From positions 4,190,760-4,254,759 of the forward strand of contig CM082576.2 in assembly GCA_040954595.2 (NCBI GenBank): DNA of 64,000 nucleotides. The letters run 5' to 3'. This DNA is from Balanoglossus misakiensis. Its lineage: Eukaryota > Animalia > Hemichordata. A program made the position numbers and the translations under genes. The notes beneath the pieces are model-generated. The model saw only the letters and a program-made list of their open reading frames with translations, had not been told where the DNA came from and made no database searches. Numbering within the stretch: position 1 is the first letter of the stretch; each line of letters starts with the position of its first letter. This document shows positions 11,721 to 26,600 of the stretch, piece by piece.

Positions 11721-14700
11721 CTCTCTCCGGATTCAGTCTCTCCGACAGGTGGGAGAGACTGTTATTTTTCAATATCGAGCCAACGAAAATATTATTTTAA
11801 GGCTCAGCTTTTGAGTGGTTTCTATCTAAACACGGGTCGTGTAAAAGTTACACCTGGTGGCAGCGAACATGGATGCTGCATTATTCCACGCTGTGTTGCC
11901 GGGACTACAAAGAACCGCACTTGAGAACTTGTTCCCTAGAAACAACTTGAGAAAGTGCTGCTAAAAGAGTGCCTTCGCAACACCTTTTTATCCAGACAAT
12001 GGACAAAATACCGTTTGTTTACCACGTCACGTGACATCACCCTGGCGACGAATCCTTCTCGTCACCTCGCGTGAACTTTACTTTAGCACCGCCACTCCGT
12101 GTTTGCCTATACTTGGATATCGAGCGAATTGTGACTTTGATATTACATTACGGAGTCTAGTTACTAGTAATAGCTTTCTTGAGTGGAACAGAAGAACTAC
12201 TGAGATGGATGGGTCAATTGTGAGTGGCTTCATAAAATTAGCTGTCGTGCCAACGTATTTTTTTTTCAGAAAAAATAAAATATGTTTAAATCGCGGTGTT
12301 TTTCAACCTTGTTCGTCAGAGGCAATACGTCAAATGTGTTCCACGTAATAAGAATTCATGTCGGAAGTCGTAAATACCAAATTGCACTTGATGCAGATAC
12401 GGCAGAAAATTATGACGATGCCTGGGCGCTTTTGACATTTACGCCCACACGCATGTGGAATAAAATGACGTCATCGCGCTCAATGTGGAAAGAGTGAATC
12501 GTTCACGGGTGCAAGTACGTTTTGAAGATGCCAAATACTGGCAGAGACATAAAGATAGTATACGTTCTATCACGAGAGGGTTTTTTTTCGTATGTGACGT
12601 CACATGACTCAGTGGGTGAACCAAACACCGACAATGTCATCGCGGAGTACTTCAACTTCTACTGTCTATGACTTCAGTCAAGGTTCTGCTGTCTGCCACA
12701 TATCTTACTTTGCACATCTCTAAGAGGGTTTCCTTCCTCTGGTGTGATTATCCATGTACTTTAATATAAGCCGCATGATCAGGATTCGTCCCACAAGCAC
12801 ATGTGGCCAGAAAGTGTTTCCATAACCATGATAACGCCGACCTTCGTCCCTCCTCCGTCCTCAAGAAGTGGTGTCATGTGTTTCGAAAAGAGTGAGCTGT
12901 CCTGCTTCCATATGACATATGTCATGATATAAAGCAGTCTCAGGAGGCAGTTACATGTACATTCTAAAGAACAACTCGCCCAATCCCATCTCGAATATTA
13001 TCACATCAAGGGCCTATAATTTTTAGCACAATTTTTTAAAGGTTGCCAGTAAACCGAATAAATACTATTTACAAGATAATAGATACTCAACTGAATTGAA
13101 GTTACAACCATATTCATTTCCCGTTCAAAACCCACGCATTTTCAAACATATCGTATATCACATTTCCGCTTTTCCGTTTCCAAACAAAGCAAACTGACAT
13201 TTGTAACTGATGGAGACTGGTGGAGACACTCTTTCTTCCGTGATCGATTGTTAATCGATATCGAACAAAAGAGCTCACGCAATGAAACATGGTCAATGAA
13301 CCGTTCACGAGAACCAAAAACAGACTGGGCTCGCGAAATATGAATTCAAAGGATATGAAAATAGTGGCAAGACTAATCATAATTCCATAACGTTGGTAGT
13401 GAAAACTACGAAACTCTTCGACCATCAGTCTCGTACATGTTGGTCCAGAAATGATTGACGCCAGTAAATCCCTTTTCTGTAATCCAATTCATCGCTATCA
13501 GCAGTCTGTGTGCTTGGGTCCATTTTTATCGTCTGCAGGGCCATCTGTATGGTGATATTCACGGGTCATTCATTTCTCAAATATTTCCACTACTTTTTGA
13601 CTTAGCCGTTGGCTTTGGGAATCCATATTGCCCACATTTGTTGAGTATCTCTTCTTGATATGAAGTTGCTCTCCCAGATATTCCCGTAGTATGTCTTTTG
13701 GAAAAACTAACAATTACAAACTTGGCAAAAATACAAGTGTTTACTAGCCTCTACTCATAAATTCTTCTTCCAGTTATTACAAATTGACTTCAACCACAGC
13801 AACAGCGATGTCCTTGAACTTGCGAACTTTGCAGCGGGATATAACTTAATAGAAGTAGTTGTGTGTCGCGGAGTTTTTTTGGAAAGTTCAGAATTGGAAT
13901 TCCACGTAAAGTACAATGACCTTTAGGGCTCAGGATGGATGTAAACAGACATAAATCCTATATTCCCTGCCATTAGTAATGCGAGTTATTAATGCAGAGG
14001 CAGAATGAACATAAACTGAAACAGTGCGCTTCTTGTGGTTTGTCGTTTTTAATGAGGTTCAACACAGTAATTTCATTGCTGTGTGTCTGGGGTGACTCAC
14101 AAAAATACCATCTAGGTATTCAGATCAGAAAGGCTCAAGTGGATAGCCCAACCCACTTCATCGAGGATCTATTACCAGTACTCTATTTTGTCAAGTAAAC
14201 TATTTTTATTATGTAAATTGACAAAAAAGTTTCTAAGTACCTCGTTCCATGCATTTCTGTTTGAAGATACAAGTGTCACTCTGTACAGTTGCAGTCAGAA
14301 AATCTCTGAAATCATTTTAAATATCAATTTAAAATCAACTTAAAAATATAATCAGATCATAAATTTATATAAAAAATCTACATGAGATGAGATAAATATA
14401 TACCAGCTGCTAGTCCTTTTCAAAACAAGAGACACATTCAGACTGCCAAGTGTCAGAAATGGATAATATTATCAACAGGCACATGTCACTCATCTTATCA
14501 AATCAGAAACATGCATGTAATGATAGCATTGGTTAATTAGGCGAAAATAACAGTGGGTGTTGAACATACAATCCACTAAAAATCAGCTTAACACCAAACC
14601 AAACAGCCATTCTCCGAGTCCTGCCTGAGGCCTGATGAAAAGTCACTCAAAGTCAAACGGATGCAAGTTCCTCCTGGAATGACGCCTTATCTGGTAGCGC

Positions 14701-15075
14701 CCTCTATAGCATTTTCCAAAAATCATTTTGTTTTACAGCACGATTGTCAGTTTTCCAAGCATTTTCTGAAGTATCCATCAATTGACTTAAATTTTCCACG
14801 TCTTGACTGTTGAATGTAATCTTATAAAATATTCCAGACCCTTTTCATGGATCTAAGAATCTGTTCTGCCTTTTTTCACATATGCAAAAAATGTTCTCAG
14901 TACATCTCATGTCCAACTCTGATGTGGTTTCCCATTGACAGGGTCTTTATCAGCCATGGGTGCACATTAAGAGTAATCACTGAATTCCTGGTGACACTTT
15001 GTATTCCAAAGTGTTCAAAAGCATCACCAGTCCATTGAAGTCGAATTCGAGTATTTCACCCATTTGTCCATCGGG

Positions 15076-16091
15076 CTACCACAACCCAAACCAAGACTTT
15101 TTCGACTTTTCTGAGTCTTTCATTTGAACTCGCTGTGCGTCCTGTACTTCTTTGGAGTCTTCCCACGGCCTGGGTCCTCTGATATTCGCCCAGTTATCCA
15201 AGTCTTGACTTTGCATTTTCTGTCAAAGAGTAAGATGAAGGGTCGGAGTCAGTGTTCAGCAACGCTTTTGGAAAATACCAACAAAAGCCAAAGCGAACGT
15301 GGACCCAAAGCAATGAAATTGCAATTATGACCACACCCCCTACAGCTATCTGACATTTGTAGGTATGTTTCATCAGAAGAGACTACATGTATTGACTTCT
15401 ATCATTATACCTCATATTCTCCCTCAAGTGTTATTTTTTCAGACTTTTTTCCTTTCTTCAGTCTTGCTTCAACTTCTGGGTCAATCTAGTGATTAAATCA
15501 ACAATTAAAATAATAACTTTTAAAACATACAGCACATTTACAGTGGTATGGAACCTGCATGATGTGAATGTTAGCAAACAAGAGCTCTCTGTGTGAACTG
15601 TATCACAAGATTGAGGGCAGAGGCACAGAGGGAACCATGGCAATAACTTGTGCCCCGCCCATTCTGGAAGACGTCATGATCTTCCACTAAACTAGAAAAG
15701 GAGATCACTGACACTGGATCCTTACCTTCCTTCTGATGTACTGTGTTTCATATCGAAGTATTGCAAATTCTTTTAGTGCAAATGAACCGCCAACAATCAT
15801 AACCTGCAATGCACAAAAGTGGAAGATTTTCCGAGTAAAATATTCAATGCACATGCCCATAGGTCTACACGTACACAGCGAAGATGGATGTTGATTTACA
15901 CACATCAGCTAAAGAATTTAACACACAAACTGGTCAGACAGAAATATTTGACAGTAACAACACGAAAACTTTCTCTGATAAAATAACTGACATACCAGCA
16001 TCGGTAAACCTAACCGGATAAATTTATTGTTTGCGAAAGCGTCCCTGTACTTTCGTAGACTCCGTAACACGTTTCCACCGGGCGCAGACAT
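15076..16091 (-). CDS. COX16: Cytochrome c oxidase assembly factor COX16, 4 exons, 130 aa
   Basis: Exons 15996-16091, 15726-15803, 15411-15485, 15076-15219, all with phase-0 GT-AG introns. The translation MSAPGGN...NKFIRLGLPML-VMIVGGSFALKEFAILRYE...-IDPEVEARLKK...[29 protein letters not shown]... carries the COX16 signatures G.PML..IVGGSF.L.EF..RY and W.[9 protein letters not shown]. Confidence 0.95.
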
Positions 16092-16135
16092 TTTGGTTTG
16101 ACCTTACCTACGCAGGCGCAGTTCATTCAACAAAT
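16092..16135. promoter_or_regulatory. Compact bidirectional promoter / 5'UTR spacer between COX16 and MRPS5
   Basis: 44 bp between divergent ATGs. Contains an NRF-1-like TACGCAGGCGCA (16109-16120) and a TGACCTT nuclear-receptor half-site. The site assignments are motif resemblance only. Confidence 0.6.
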
Positions 16136-19100
16136 ATGGCAGCGCCTGTGAGGATGCTTGCACGCTTCTCGATATCGACAATACTAACCAAAGGTAAAGA
16201 TCGCGATAGTTTTATCTCGTACATTCCTTGTTATGGTTGCATAACATATTTTTCTTGCGTTTGTGTAAGTTTGTTGAATTTCACGTGAAACTGTACATTG
16301 GTGAGACGTGACAAGCTACAGGCGATTCACTACACTACTCATCACACGTGACAGTTCACTGTTCAGTTGTAAAATTCTAAACGATCCCCAACTTGGCCCA
16401 AGTCACCAAGTGCTTGTGTCCCAAGTAAGCATGGCAACTGTCTGCGTACATCATGCTCCAAGATTTCATTCCATCAATCCACGAAACCAACCAACTTCAC
16501 ACACATTTGGTAGCATATTCATTGGACAGTGAGGGCGTTCTTTTTTTAATGATGGCTACATGTATATGAACTTTGATATGGTGTGTATTTTTAGTTGACA
16601 GAATGCATTTGTACCTTGATGTTTCTCTGCAGATGTACACATTTCATCCCTGAGGGCCTGCCATGCCAGTGTCTACAACAGTGTTACCACATGGCGGCAC
16701 AGTGCCTCGACTGCTCTGCCAACTTATACACAGCAGAGACATAGCAGTTTCTTCAATACAAGTGAGTAGATGACCACTTCTTGAAGAAGTTCAACCAATT
16801 ACTGATGCTAGTTACACTCAATTGGAATTAATCTGTATGGACAGTACTGCCAGCAACCTGGTGGATCTGAACAGTTGTACAGTGATATATCATATTGGAT
16901 TCAAGTGGGTCACTTTGAGCATACAGTATCTGATAATAGGACAGTGACAGACTGATGTACATCGGTATCTTGTTTGATCACACAGTGACTGCTGAACAGC
17001 TGTGGAGGGGTGTGTTGGCAGAGACAGGAAAAGCCAGCAAGAAAGGACGAGGTAAAAGGGCAAGGAGAGGCAGACGGAAGAACCTCAACCTGGGACAACA
17101 GCTGGGAGAAGGTGAGATCTGCTTCCATGTTTTGTTTTGTCTACCACCATGCATACTGATACATATACCCTGTCTGGGGGGGAACTGTTCCTGAAGCAAA
17201 TTAATTAATGAAGTCTGTTGAGAAACTTAAGATGACAAATATATAATTATGCTTGTACTCAAACATTACCAGTTGAATACAGATACTATTCTGATGGCTG
17301 CATTAAGTACAGGCCAGCAACAGACTTTCCAAACAACTGCTGATGTATTGTGTTACATTTCAGGAAAGCTGAGTATGGCCTGGCCAGGTTTGAACGTGCC
17401 TGTGATCAAAAACAAGGAAGTTAAAACAATTCAGCCCAAACCAATCGACCCAGAACGGGAAGCCGAACTGAAGAGGATACGGGAGGAGTGGGATAAGAGA
17501 AAGAAAAGATCAGTGCCTATAGAAGAGAGAGGATGGACCTCCAAGAGTTGGGGTGGACGTAGCTATGGAGCTCCCGACCCGGTGCCTGGATGTAGGTATT
17601 AGTAAGGGATAGGTTGGAGGCCTTGTATTTGTATAGTAACTGTACCCATCAGATAGTGAACACTGAGTGGAAAATATGCAACTGTGTTATTTAAAATTCA
17701 CAATGCAATGTACTTACTTATGTTGATTTCCCACCATCATAGTGTATATATTTTGTATCTCATGTCATCCAATGCTTATATTTACAGGTGATTTTGAAGG
17801 CTTCAATTCTACAGTTATTCAAGTCAAACGGGTGTTTAACATGACTGGCACAGTTGGACGCAAGCGTAGTACATTTGCTGTCGTAGTTGTTGGCAACTAT
17901 AATGGTGCAATAGGTAAGATCTGTCTCTGTGGAAGTGCAGGTGTCTGTATTTTAATGCTTTGGCAGATAGGAGTGAAAGGAGAGTGAAATTCACTTTGAT
18001 ATCAGGATTTATTACATGCGTGGATTTTCAAACACAATTGTTTTATTAGTGTTGACTTCTCATTATGGTCCTACTTAGGTTATGCAGTTGGCAAGTCTGA
18101 GGATCTAACCACATCGTTAAGAAAAGCGAAAAACAGTGCTGCTCACTATCTTCACTACTTTGAGAGATATGATAATCACACAAGTAAGTGACACTGAAAA
18201 AAAACATTTGCTAGCAGCCTGGTGATCAAACATGTTGGTGCCTGGTGGCTCATGCGAGCATGAGAGATCGAATTTCTCTTAAATTCAGAGATTAGTAGTG
18301 ACATGGTACAGACTCAGAAGAGTTTAACGGCATTTCTTATAGAAAAAGGAATTCAAATGAAAGGGGATTAAATAAATACCCAAAAGCAGTTGTATTACTT
18401 GTATAGAAGAATACATCACAAGGTTTAGAAACTGTCTTCAGACCATCATGTTTTATGATGGGAGGAGTGTGAAGAACTTGGACTTAATAATTATACTAAT
18501 GTTTCCTCTGACAGTTTTACACGATGTGGAATGTGAATTCAAAGCCACTAGAGTCCGAATGAAGAAGCAAGCTAAAGGTAAAATTAGGATTCAGTGTTTT
18601 TCCCTATATTTGCATGTAGCACACATGGAAACTTGTATTTGCATTGATCTACTGAATGAAATTGAACTCGCGACAAATGACCTTGATTTGACCTTGACCG
18701 AGTACAAGGAAAAAATACCAAGGATGTTTTTTGAACTCTCCAAGTACGTATCAAGTAACAAGATTATGTGTACTCGGGCTTCTCAATGAAAAGCACATGG
18801 GTTCCTAAGTTTTGATAAGTGACCCTTGACTACTGAGGGTATAAGTGGCTCCGTATGGACCGCTTAGAGTCTTGTATTACAGGAAAGGAGAATATTACTG
18901 AAAAATGAACACCGAAGGAGACCACAAAATATCGTAGTAACTGTATTGCAAATGCCATAGTTGAATTGCTAAATAATGAGACTTAGTGGTGTGGAACATG
19001 TAACGTCATTTCCCTACACTTAGTGGGTTAGATCTTTAATTTTAATCTTCGCAACATTTTCCATCATTCGCATTGCTGCATGTAGGTTATGGCTTGAAAT

Positions 19101-19662
19101 GCCACAGGATTATCAAGGAAATCTGTAAGTTAGCAGGCATCAAGGACATGTATGCAAGGGTTTACGGCTCCACCAATCCACTTAATATATGCCATGCTGT
19201 CTTCCAAGGATTATCAAACCAGGTAATGTTTGCTTGTATGTGTGTTCACATGAATGTGGCGCGAGTGTAAAGAAACCTACCTCAAAATATTTCCTGACTG
19301 TCAATTACCTCTCCGGGAAAATATTGTATTGTATGACTATGGGTTGAGTGCCCTGAGATTTACAGTGTTTAAGTTTTTGTTGTTGCTATCCAATTTATCC
19401 ATAATCTAATTGACTTGTATGTACTTGCGTGCCTCTCTAGGAAAACTACCAACAGATTGCAGACAGACATGGGCTTCATCTGGTGGAATTCCGAGAAGAG
19501 TGTGATAATTTCCCCAAGGTTGTAGCATCCCCTCAGACTGCAAGCCGCTCTGACATTGAAGAAAGGGATTGGGATAAGAACATGCCACTAGAGTGGAAAG
19601 AACTCAAACCAAAAAGCGCCAGGTCCGCAAGGTTCGAGCGCTATGGCACGTTGGTTGTGTGA
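16136..19662 (+). CDS. MRPS5: Mitochondrial ribosomal protein uS5m, 9 exons, about 397 aa
   Basis: Exons 16136-16193, 16633-16761, 16986-17111, 17364-17591, 17788-17913, 18079-18183, 18515-18577, 19086-19222, 19441-19662 (1194 nt). Motifs: TAEQLWRGV...[39 protein letters not shown]...[39 protein letters not shown]. The N-terminus resembles a mitochondrial presequence. AATAAA signals lie near 19961 and 19974. Confidence 0.95.
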
Positions 19663-20645
19663 GACAGTTCAATGAGGTGGTGTGTAAACTTGAAAAATAG
19701 CCGTTAGTCAGATGGAGAGTGAACTGGTAGAGCCTAAATGCAGCAGCAGACGAAGATGTCTATGAAATATGAAACTAGTTGTGTTGTGTGTTTGCAAACA
19801 TGTACAGTACATACAGACAGTGCTATGGAAACAGCACTATAAGACCAGAGAGTGGGACCCACAGACTCCATGCTGGTGATAGACACATGACTGAAGACTT
19901 ACAGACTTACTTGTTACATGGAAGTGTCAATGTAAATACTGTTGGCTCAAATTTTGTAAAAATAAAAACTACAAATAAACGTGTTTTGAGTTCTCTGAGT
20001 CTTGAATTAAATTGTGATATTTTTTATGTTGCATCCTTTTAATGATGTCACAAAAAGGTTGCAAATTTTATATCTTCAACAATGTTTACGCTGCAGTTCT
20101 CTTGGAACAAAAATAAATCTTTTTTTTTAGTCTATGTAAAGAAAAGGACCTTGATATGTGTTGTTTCCTGTGACAATACATGCAATAATGGAAATGACAG
20201 CATTATTATATGGTTTGTTGAGTGACCCTGATTACTGCAACAGAAGCAACAACAACAAAACAAGTAGGTTCTACAGTTTTTAGCAAAACAACTATGAATT
20301 CAAGGTGAACAAGTTTCGCGCCCAGCACTTCCCCTGCCAAGATATTTTGCCATGATGCATACATGATGACACCATATTTCGATTCTATTTCCTAATTTTA
20401 TTGACACCAGTTTAGTTCCACGTGCAACCACCGATGCAAATAAATGTTATTGAAAGTAAGTTGTATGAACACACAACAAGTACACGGACCCAGACGATTA
20501 ATCATTTCCCAGAGTTCCGTTTACTGACTGCGCAAGTGCAATGACACGACAGCCCGGCTGGGTCACCATCAACGAGCGGTGCTTGACGAGTCCAAATATT
20601 GGTCCTTCTTGTTTGTCGTATTACTAGCAGAAATCGCCAGTCGAG

Positions 20646-23600
20646 ATGGCCTCGATTCCGCAGACCGATGTCGACAAGCGTAAGCAAATTAGTGTTAGAG
20701 GTATCGCGCAGGTGGAGAATGTGGCAACCATAAAAAATACATTTAACCGGCACCTTCATTACACTCTCGTCAAAGACAGAAACGTCTCCACACAACGGGA
20801 CTATTACTTCGCTTTGGCTCACACTGTTCGAGATCAACTTGTCGGGAGATGGATCCGTACTCAGCAGCATTATTATGAGAAAGACCCTAAGGTAAGTATA
20901 CTTAAAATTGTTACTCCAAACTCTGCAGACACGGTGTGTCTGGTGAAGGTCGATAAGAGTGCGGAGGAGTGGCTAATATTGACCAGCAGAAGCCGAGTGC
21001 ATTGATTAGCTGAGCACCTCGGGTTATGTCAATCAAGGGTCATGTCTGGTGTACGTGCACACGTTTTCGAGTATATTCTGATCTGGCAGTCACCTTATTC
21101 GGTGTCTGGTGACTGTCAAGCGTAGCATTCCCAGTTGTCGCTAACCCTTTATTGTGGTGTCCCGTTATATGGATATCCAATGTAATAGATACGTTTGCAA
21201 TATAACTCCTAAAATATTCGGTTGTTTGACACGATGTGTCAGAGAGTCGCTCGATATTTGAGCTGATCTTGTAATCAAGATTGGTTTGTAGTTCATACAT
21301 TACAGGTATGAATTTCCCCGAGAAAAGGAGCTTGACAATGACGATTGACTTTGATCTCCATTAAAAACAATAGCTGAACAGTTATTTTCACAATGAAATT
21401 ATTGTCATGCAAAACGCATTTCACAACAGTTGTAATTAGCACTTTCCACATGACCTGTAGTGAAGGCAACCATTGGCTAAACCTGAAGGTGGGGGTCATG
21501 CGTACCTGTTTGACCTTGCACAGAGCACGGACAAAATTTGACACCTTAAGATTGTTAAATGCTCCTTTATTTTTATACATATATATGTTGATGATTAAAA
21601 TGGCCACCGTCATTCCTGTCATTTTAAATGAGCAGAGTAGGGTCAAGTATCATTAGTATAATAGTAAAGTCATGAGTGCTTGACATGAACCATGGGCACT
21701 TCATGTAAGTTTTTAGCTGGGTTGAGACATACTAATTTATTCTGGAGGCCCCTCCGATACAGATACTTGGATTATGTGTGTACATTTGCTCCCTAGCTGA
21801 ATGACCATTTGCAACCTAGCCTGGATACCACAGACATTGCATAAATATTTTCAAATGCTGGTGGTCATTTGTGTGTCTAAACTCTAAACTGTATTGAAAA
21901 AACTTAGTAGCAATATGTGTGCTGTGGTTGACCATATCACAGCAGAATGTCCTACAGGGTTATTAATTCAGCAATAGCATGTTAATGGTCTAGCTAAAAT
22001 TATCAGCCTTCTGGGAGTTTATCAAAAGTTATGCTGAAATAAGTAAAAGCAAGACTCAGTACACACCACTCAATATACTTGCCCCAAACTAGTCCAGCTC
22101 TCGTCTGACATAACATGTTAACATTGGCTATTTTGAGCCAAATTAAATTAAAACCTACAGCTGTGGAGGGCTGATGTAAATAGTCTGAATGAACCCCATT
22201 TATGTAAATTTGAAATGAGCACAATTTATAGAGTTATGTCTCCATCACATACTTGGAAAAATTACCACACATTAACTATAGCTAATGAGCTCCTTATTTT
22301 TGTGATAGTTCATCATGTAGACTTAAGCATCTGTTTAAGTTCCCCAGTGACAGCAATAAGAGTAGGCTGAATTGTCAACCTTCCGTAGCAGAAAAACTTT
22401 ATTGTCAGCCATAACCTTGTCATTCCTGTGAAATTGACACACACTCCACTATGTTTATAAAACAATGCAATATCTCACGCGGTGTGTACACGCATAAGCA
22501 TGCTGGCATGGAGTCCAGACAGCCAGATAATGCAGTTGACATGCTACATAAATAATGTAATTTATCAGTTTGAGTTGTCTGTTGAAAATTCTACATAATG
22601 GCGATGATTCCTGTGAATTCAACTCAAGCTAAGGGGACTGTTTGATGGTCAATTTGATGTGTACGTGTATATATGGTAATTTCTGATGACTGAGTTGTAT
22701 CCCCATAAATAATTGTGGTCCAGTACCACGGGTACAGTACTTATCAATTTAGGCTGACTGTGAAGGTCAATCATGTGTTTGCAAGGTGACCTTCCAGTGC
22801 ATATTGAAGTGTGTCAACTTGAAAAGTACATGTAACTGGGAAATAGGGGCACCGTTAAAACGAGTGAATTGGGTCAAAGGTTGCAAATAAAGTGGACCGA
22901 GGTTGCCAGGAATATGAATGGCCATTGTTGTGATCTGTATGAGTGGTCTGAAAATGCATGAAAACCCTGCAAATACATCAATGATGATGATCTGTACCCA
23001 GTGTGTTCTGCTCGTCAAAACAAGTTGTGCGCTCTCAGAAACCTGTATTTGTGATTTGACCGTTCCTTTTGTGCAGTGATAAAAAAGCTGGTACTCTTAT
23101 TTGTTACTTGAGGATTACCAGCAGCTCGAAATATACCTGCAGCTTGAAATGGTGGTATGAAAATGGTTTGGTTGTAAAGGTCACAACAACATGCAAGCTC
23201 ACAATCAGTTGTTTTGATCTTGTGAAGTCTCAATGTTTCACATAAATTGTGAAGACTGACCTACTTATCAGAGAGCAGGTTGCATGACGCCGTCGCTTGG
23301 TGAATGGATATCTAGTGTACAGAGAGTGGGTTAAATATTGGCCTAAATCCCCAGGCACAGAGAGGGTTAGACATCGGCCTAAATCAAATCATGTGCGCTA
23401 GTGAGAGAGTTGAACAAATGAGCAGGTTAATGAAATCTGCAATGCATCGTGGGATCTCTAAGCATCTGAAGGATGTATCAGAGAAATAAAGGTTTCATTA
23501 TTTCCCATTTTGTAAAAATTAAATTCTTTTGCCAAACAAGGAAGGTTGAAATAGTTAGATGTGATTAGAATCTAGAGAATAGCCAAGGCAAAGCTGATAT

Positions 23601-26600
23601 ATGTAGTGGTACTGGGGTACCTGGAGGGTTAGTACTGTAGCTGGGATTGACAAATAATTGCATCAAGAACTGCCAGGGTTAAAGTTATTTGCATGTTATC
23701 TCATCTTCCTGTTTTCTCTTGACGTCACTTGGCGGTATTTTCACCCTCTGGCTAGACAAAGCTCATCTGGTATTGACAGTAACTGCAAGGCAATGTCTGA
23801 CATCATTATTTTTATCTATTTCTTTTCCGACAGCGTGTTTATTACCTGTCTCTGGAATACTACATGGGACGTACCTTGACAAACACCATGGTCAACTTGG
23901 GAATCCAGAGTGAGTGTGACGAAGCCATGTACCAGGTAAAAAAAAATATTGTAATATTTTTAAGTCTTATCGCTCTCACTTTAATCATTTTCTTGAGCTT
24001 TCTCCACAAAGGACACAAATCTCCTGACCCTTGATACAGTCCTATGACCCCATTAGTTGCACTGAACTCTGACATAAATGAGACTGTCATAAAAGTGATC
24101 CCACAGATAGCAGTTATGTGCAATGTTAAAAACTGAGATTAAAACTGTGATTGGTATTCTACCACTAACTGCATCCATACTGTAAAGATATGTGTAATTA
24201 AAGGCCTGTATTTATTGATGTGGGCATTTCTGTTTGTGCATGCAACTGTTTATTGGGGGGAAATAATCTGCATCAGTAATTCATTGAGATTGACAAATAT
24301 GGGAGAAGCAACTGTCGTCATGATTCTATCGATACACAGTGCCGTACATGTTTTGTAACAGAACCGGTGATTGGTCAGCAAGGGTGATGAATGATTTAAA
24401 GACTGGATGTGAAATCCTTGGCTAAAAACAACCTGAATGTAATCTGCCAGGGTACTGTATTTGCTTGGGTGGCAACATAAAAACAGAACAATTCATAAAT
24501 ATGTGTCACAAATGGTAATAGGCAATACGATTTGCTTAAAAATACCTCTAACCAACCACATAACCTTATGTATGCCTCCAGAAAAAAATTCTAACAAAAA
24601 TCTGTATTATATCATTTGATTTTTACCAAATTGCACTTTTTTCCTCATGTGGTTACAATTTTTATATCAATGGTGTTCTGATGAGTGTAGAAATTCAAGT
24701 TTGATCACATATTCGTTGTAACACCGCCAAGATTCTGAAAATCACATCAGAGAACATGCTGAATATCATTGAAAGCTGATCAAATTGTCTGCTCTAAACT
24801 ATTTTTCATGCTATTAGAAACAATTGACCTCGACCTACAAATGTACAGTCCTGTGCATATTGATGAGTCAATCGTGCATTGCAATCAGGATGAATGATGT
24901 AAATCTCGTAGAAACTATGAAGTAATGGCACCATCTGTTACTTTGAATCAAAGCCACGATAACTCAGGTCATGGAAAGATTGGTAGAATTTCAAAATGTG
25001 ACACTGTCATGAAATCAGTGCAGTACACATGCTCTGCTGAAGGACAAGAAATTATGTCAGGTGTTTTATAGAGTGAATGTTGTATTCATGAAGAACTCCA
25101 TGTGATAAGCGTGAATGTTGAATAATGGAAAGATAGGATGACCTTCAGAAGGTCAGTACTGAATAAGCTTCTTTCATATTAAAGTTATTTCTTGGGATTC
25201 TAGCAATGTGTGATACATCAGCAACTTATCATGTCCTATTTTATGAAAAGCCAATGAGATGAACCAAAGTCTCGTGAAGAAAGGGCTAAAACTGCATGCA
25301 CGTGTGATTAACAAATTTGAATTTTATTTTTTTGTCTGAAATGTATTTCGCAGCTTGGTCTCGACATTGAAGAGTTGGAGGACATCGAAGAGGATGCGGG
25401 ACTTGGAAATGGAGGCCTGGGAAGACTGGCAGGTCAGTGGAAAAGTCAGATTTTCCTCGTTCCCAGTAATCATTATCTGATGCCAGTGGAAGTCAGTAAT
25501 ATCAGATGTGCGGATTTGAATATTGAATTTCCAATGATGGATGGTTTCTGGTCTCACAGATGGGCTCACTTTCATGCGTGGCAATTGTAGTCGAGAAAAA
25601 CATTAATTTTAATATTTTATGCCGTTCAGGTAAATCTTCCTGAAAAAAGAGTTGTAAGCTTGAGATAAAGGTGGTGAATATCTCACCAAATCTACTGTGA
25701 CTTAAATTATTAAGCAAGCATATCTCACATTCAACATTGACATTACATTGTAAGGATGTGCATTGTATGCGCCCTGGGACAGCATCGAATTTGTCTCTTC
25801 CTGTAAGATTGTGTTTTAGAATTGCTAGACGCATCATGTTCGTTAAACTGTAATTGATGCTTTTGTCCTTGCAGCATGCTTCTTAGATTCCATGGCCAGT
25901 CTGGGTCTGGCTGCCTATGGCTACGGCATCCGATATGAGTATGGCATCTTCAACCAGAAAATCAAAGAAGGACAACAGGTTAGAAATATGTGTCAGGTTC
26001 TGTGCGTCTCATATGATAATAAAGAGCCTCTCTTTTCATAACGTCAATGATGACCATGCAAGACGAACTGGGGGCAATTTGAATTTTGTTATCCTAGGCA
26101 CTGTATTTTAAAAAGGCTGAACAGTTGTTACAATTATAAATAAACTGTGTCAGATGTCATTAATTTTGTTAGGATATAACATCATCTGGATGCGTTGTTT
26201 GTATTCAGCTTCTTATCTGAACAATTGGCTGAAATTTAAATGGAATTTTTCTTTCCACTGGCACACGTTATTTGTGGTCTGTGAATGCCAACATAAATTT
26301 ATCTTTATCCCTGTCTTGGGACACTATAATTTATATCAGCAAATGATGTCTGGGAATCCAAGATAAGGCAGTTACTGAGCTGCATGTATAATGTACCAGT
26401 GTTATGCATGTTTAAATTTGTATATTTTATACCAGTCCCAGCATTGGCAGAGATTTTTGAAATTTTTGTACTGGGGGATAAAAGGTCATCTATTGATAAC
26501 ATTTCAGACTGGTTGGGCATGACAGTGTCCCAGACATACATTTATAGACACATTGAATTCACTGCATGTATTTTTAAAAAGAATATGCAAAAGTCATGTG

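Noticed and set aside
13400-13720. Purine-rich, coding-like minus-strand stretch
   Set aside because: Stops occur in all frames, and there is no recognisable domain or exon chain.
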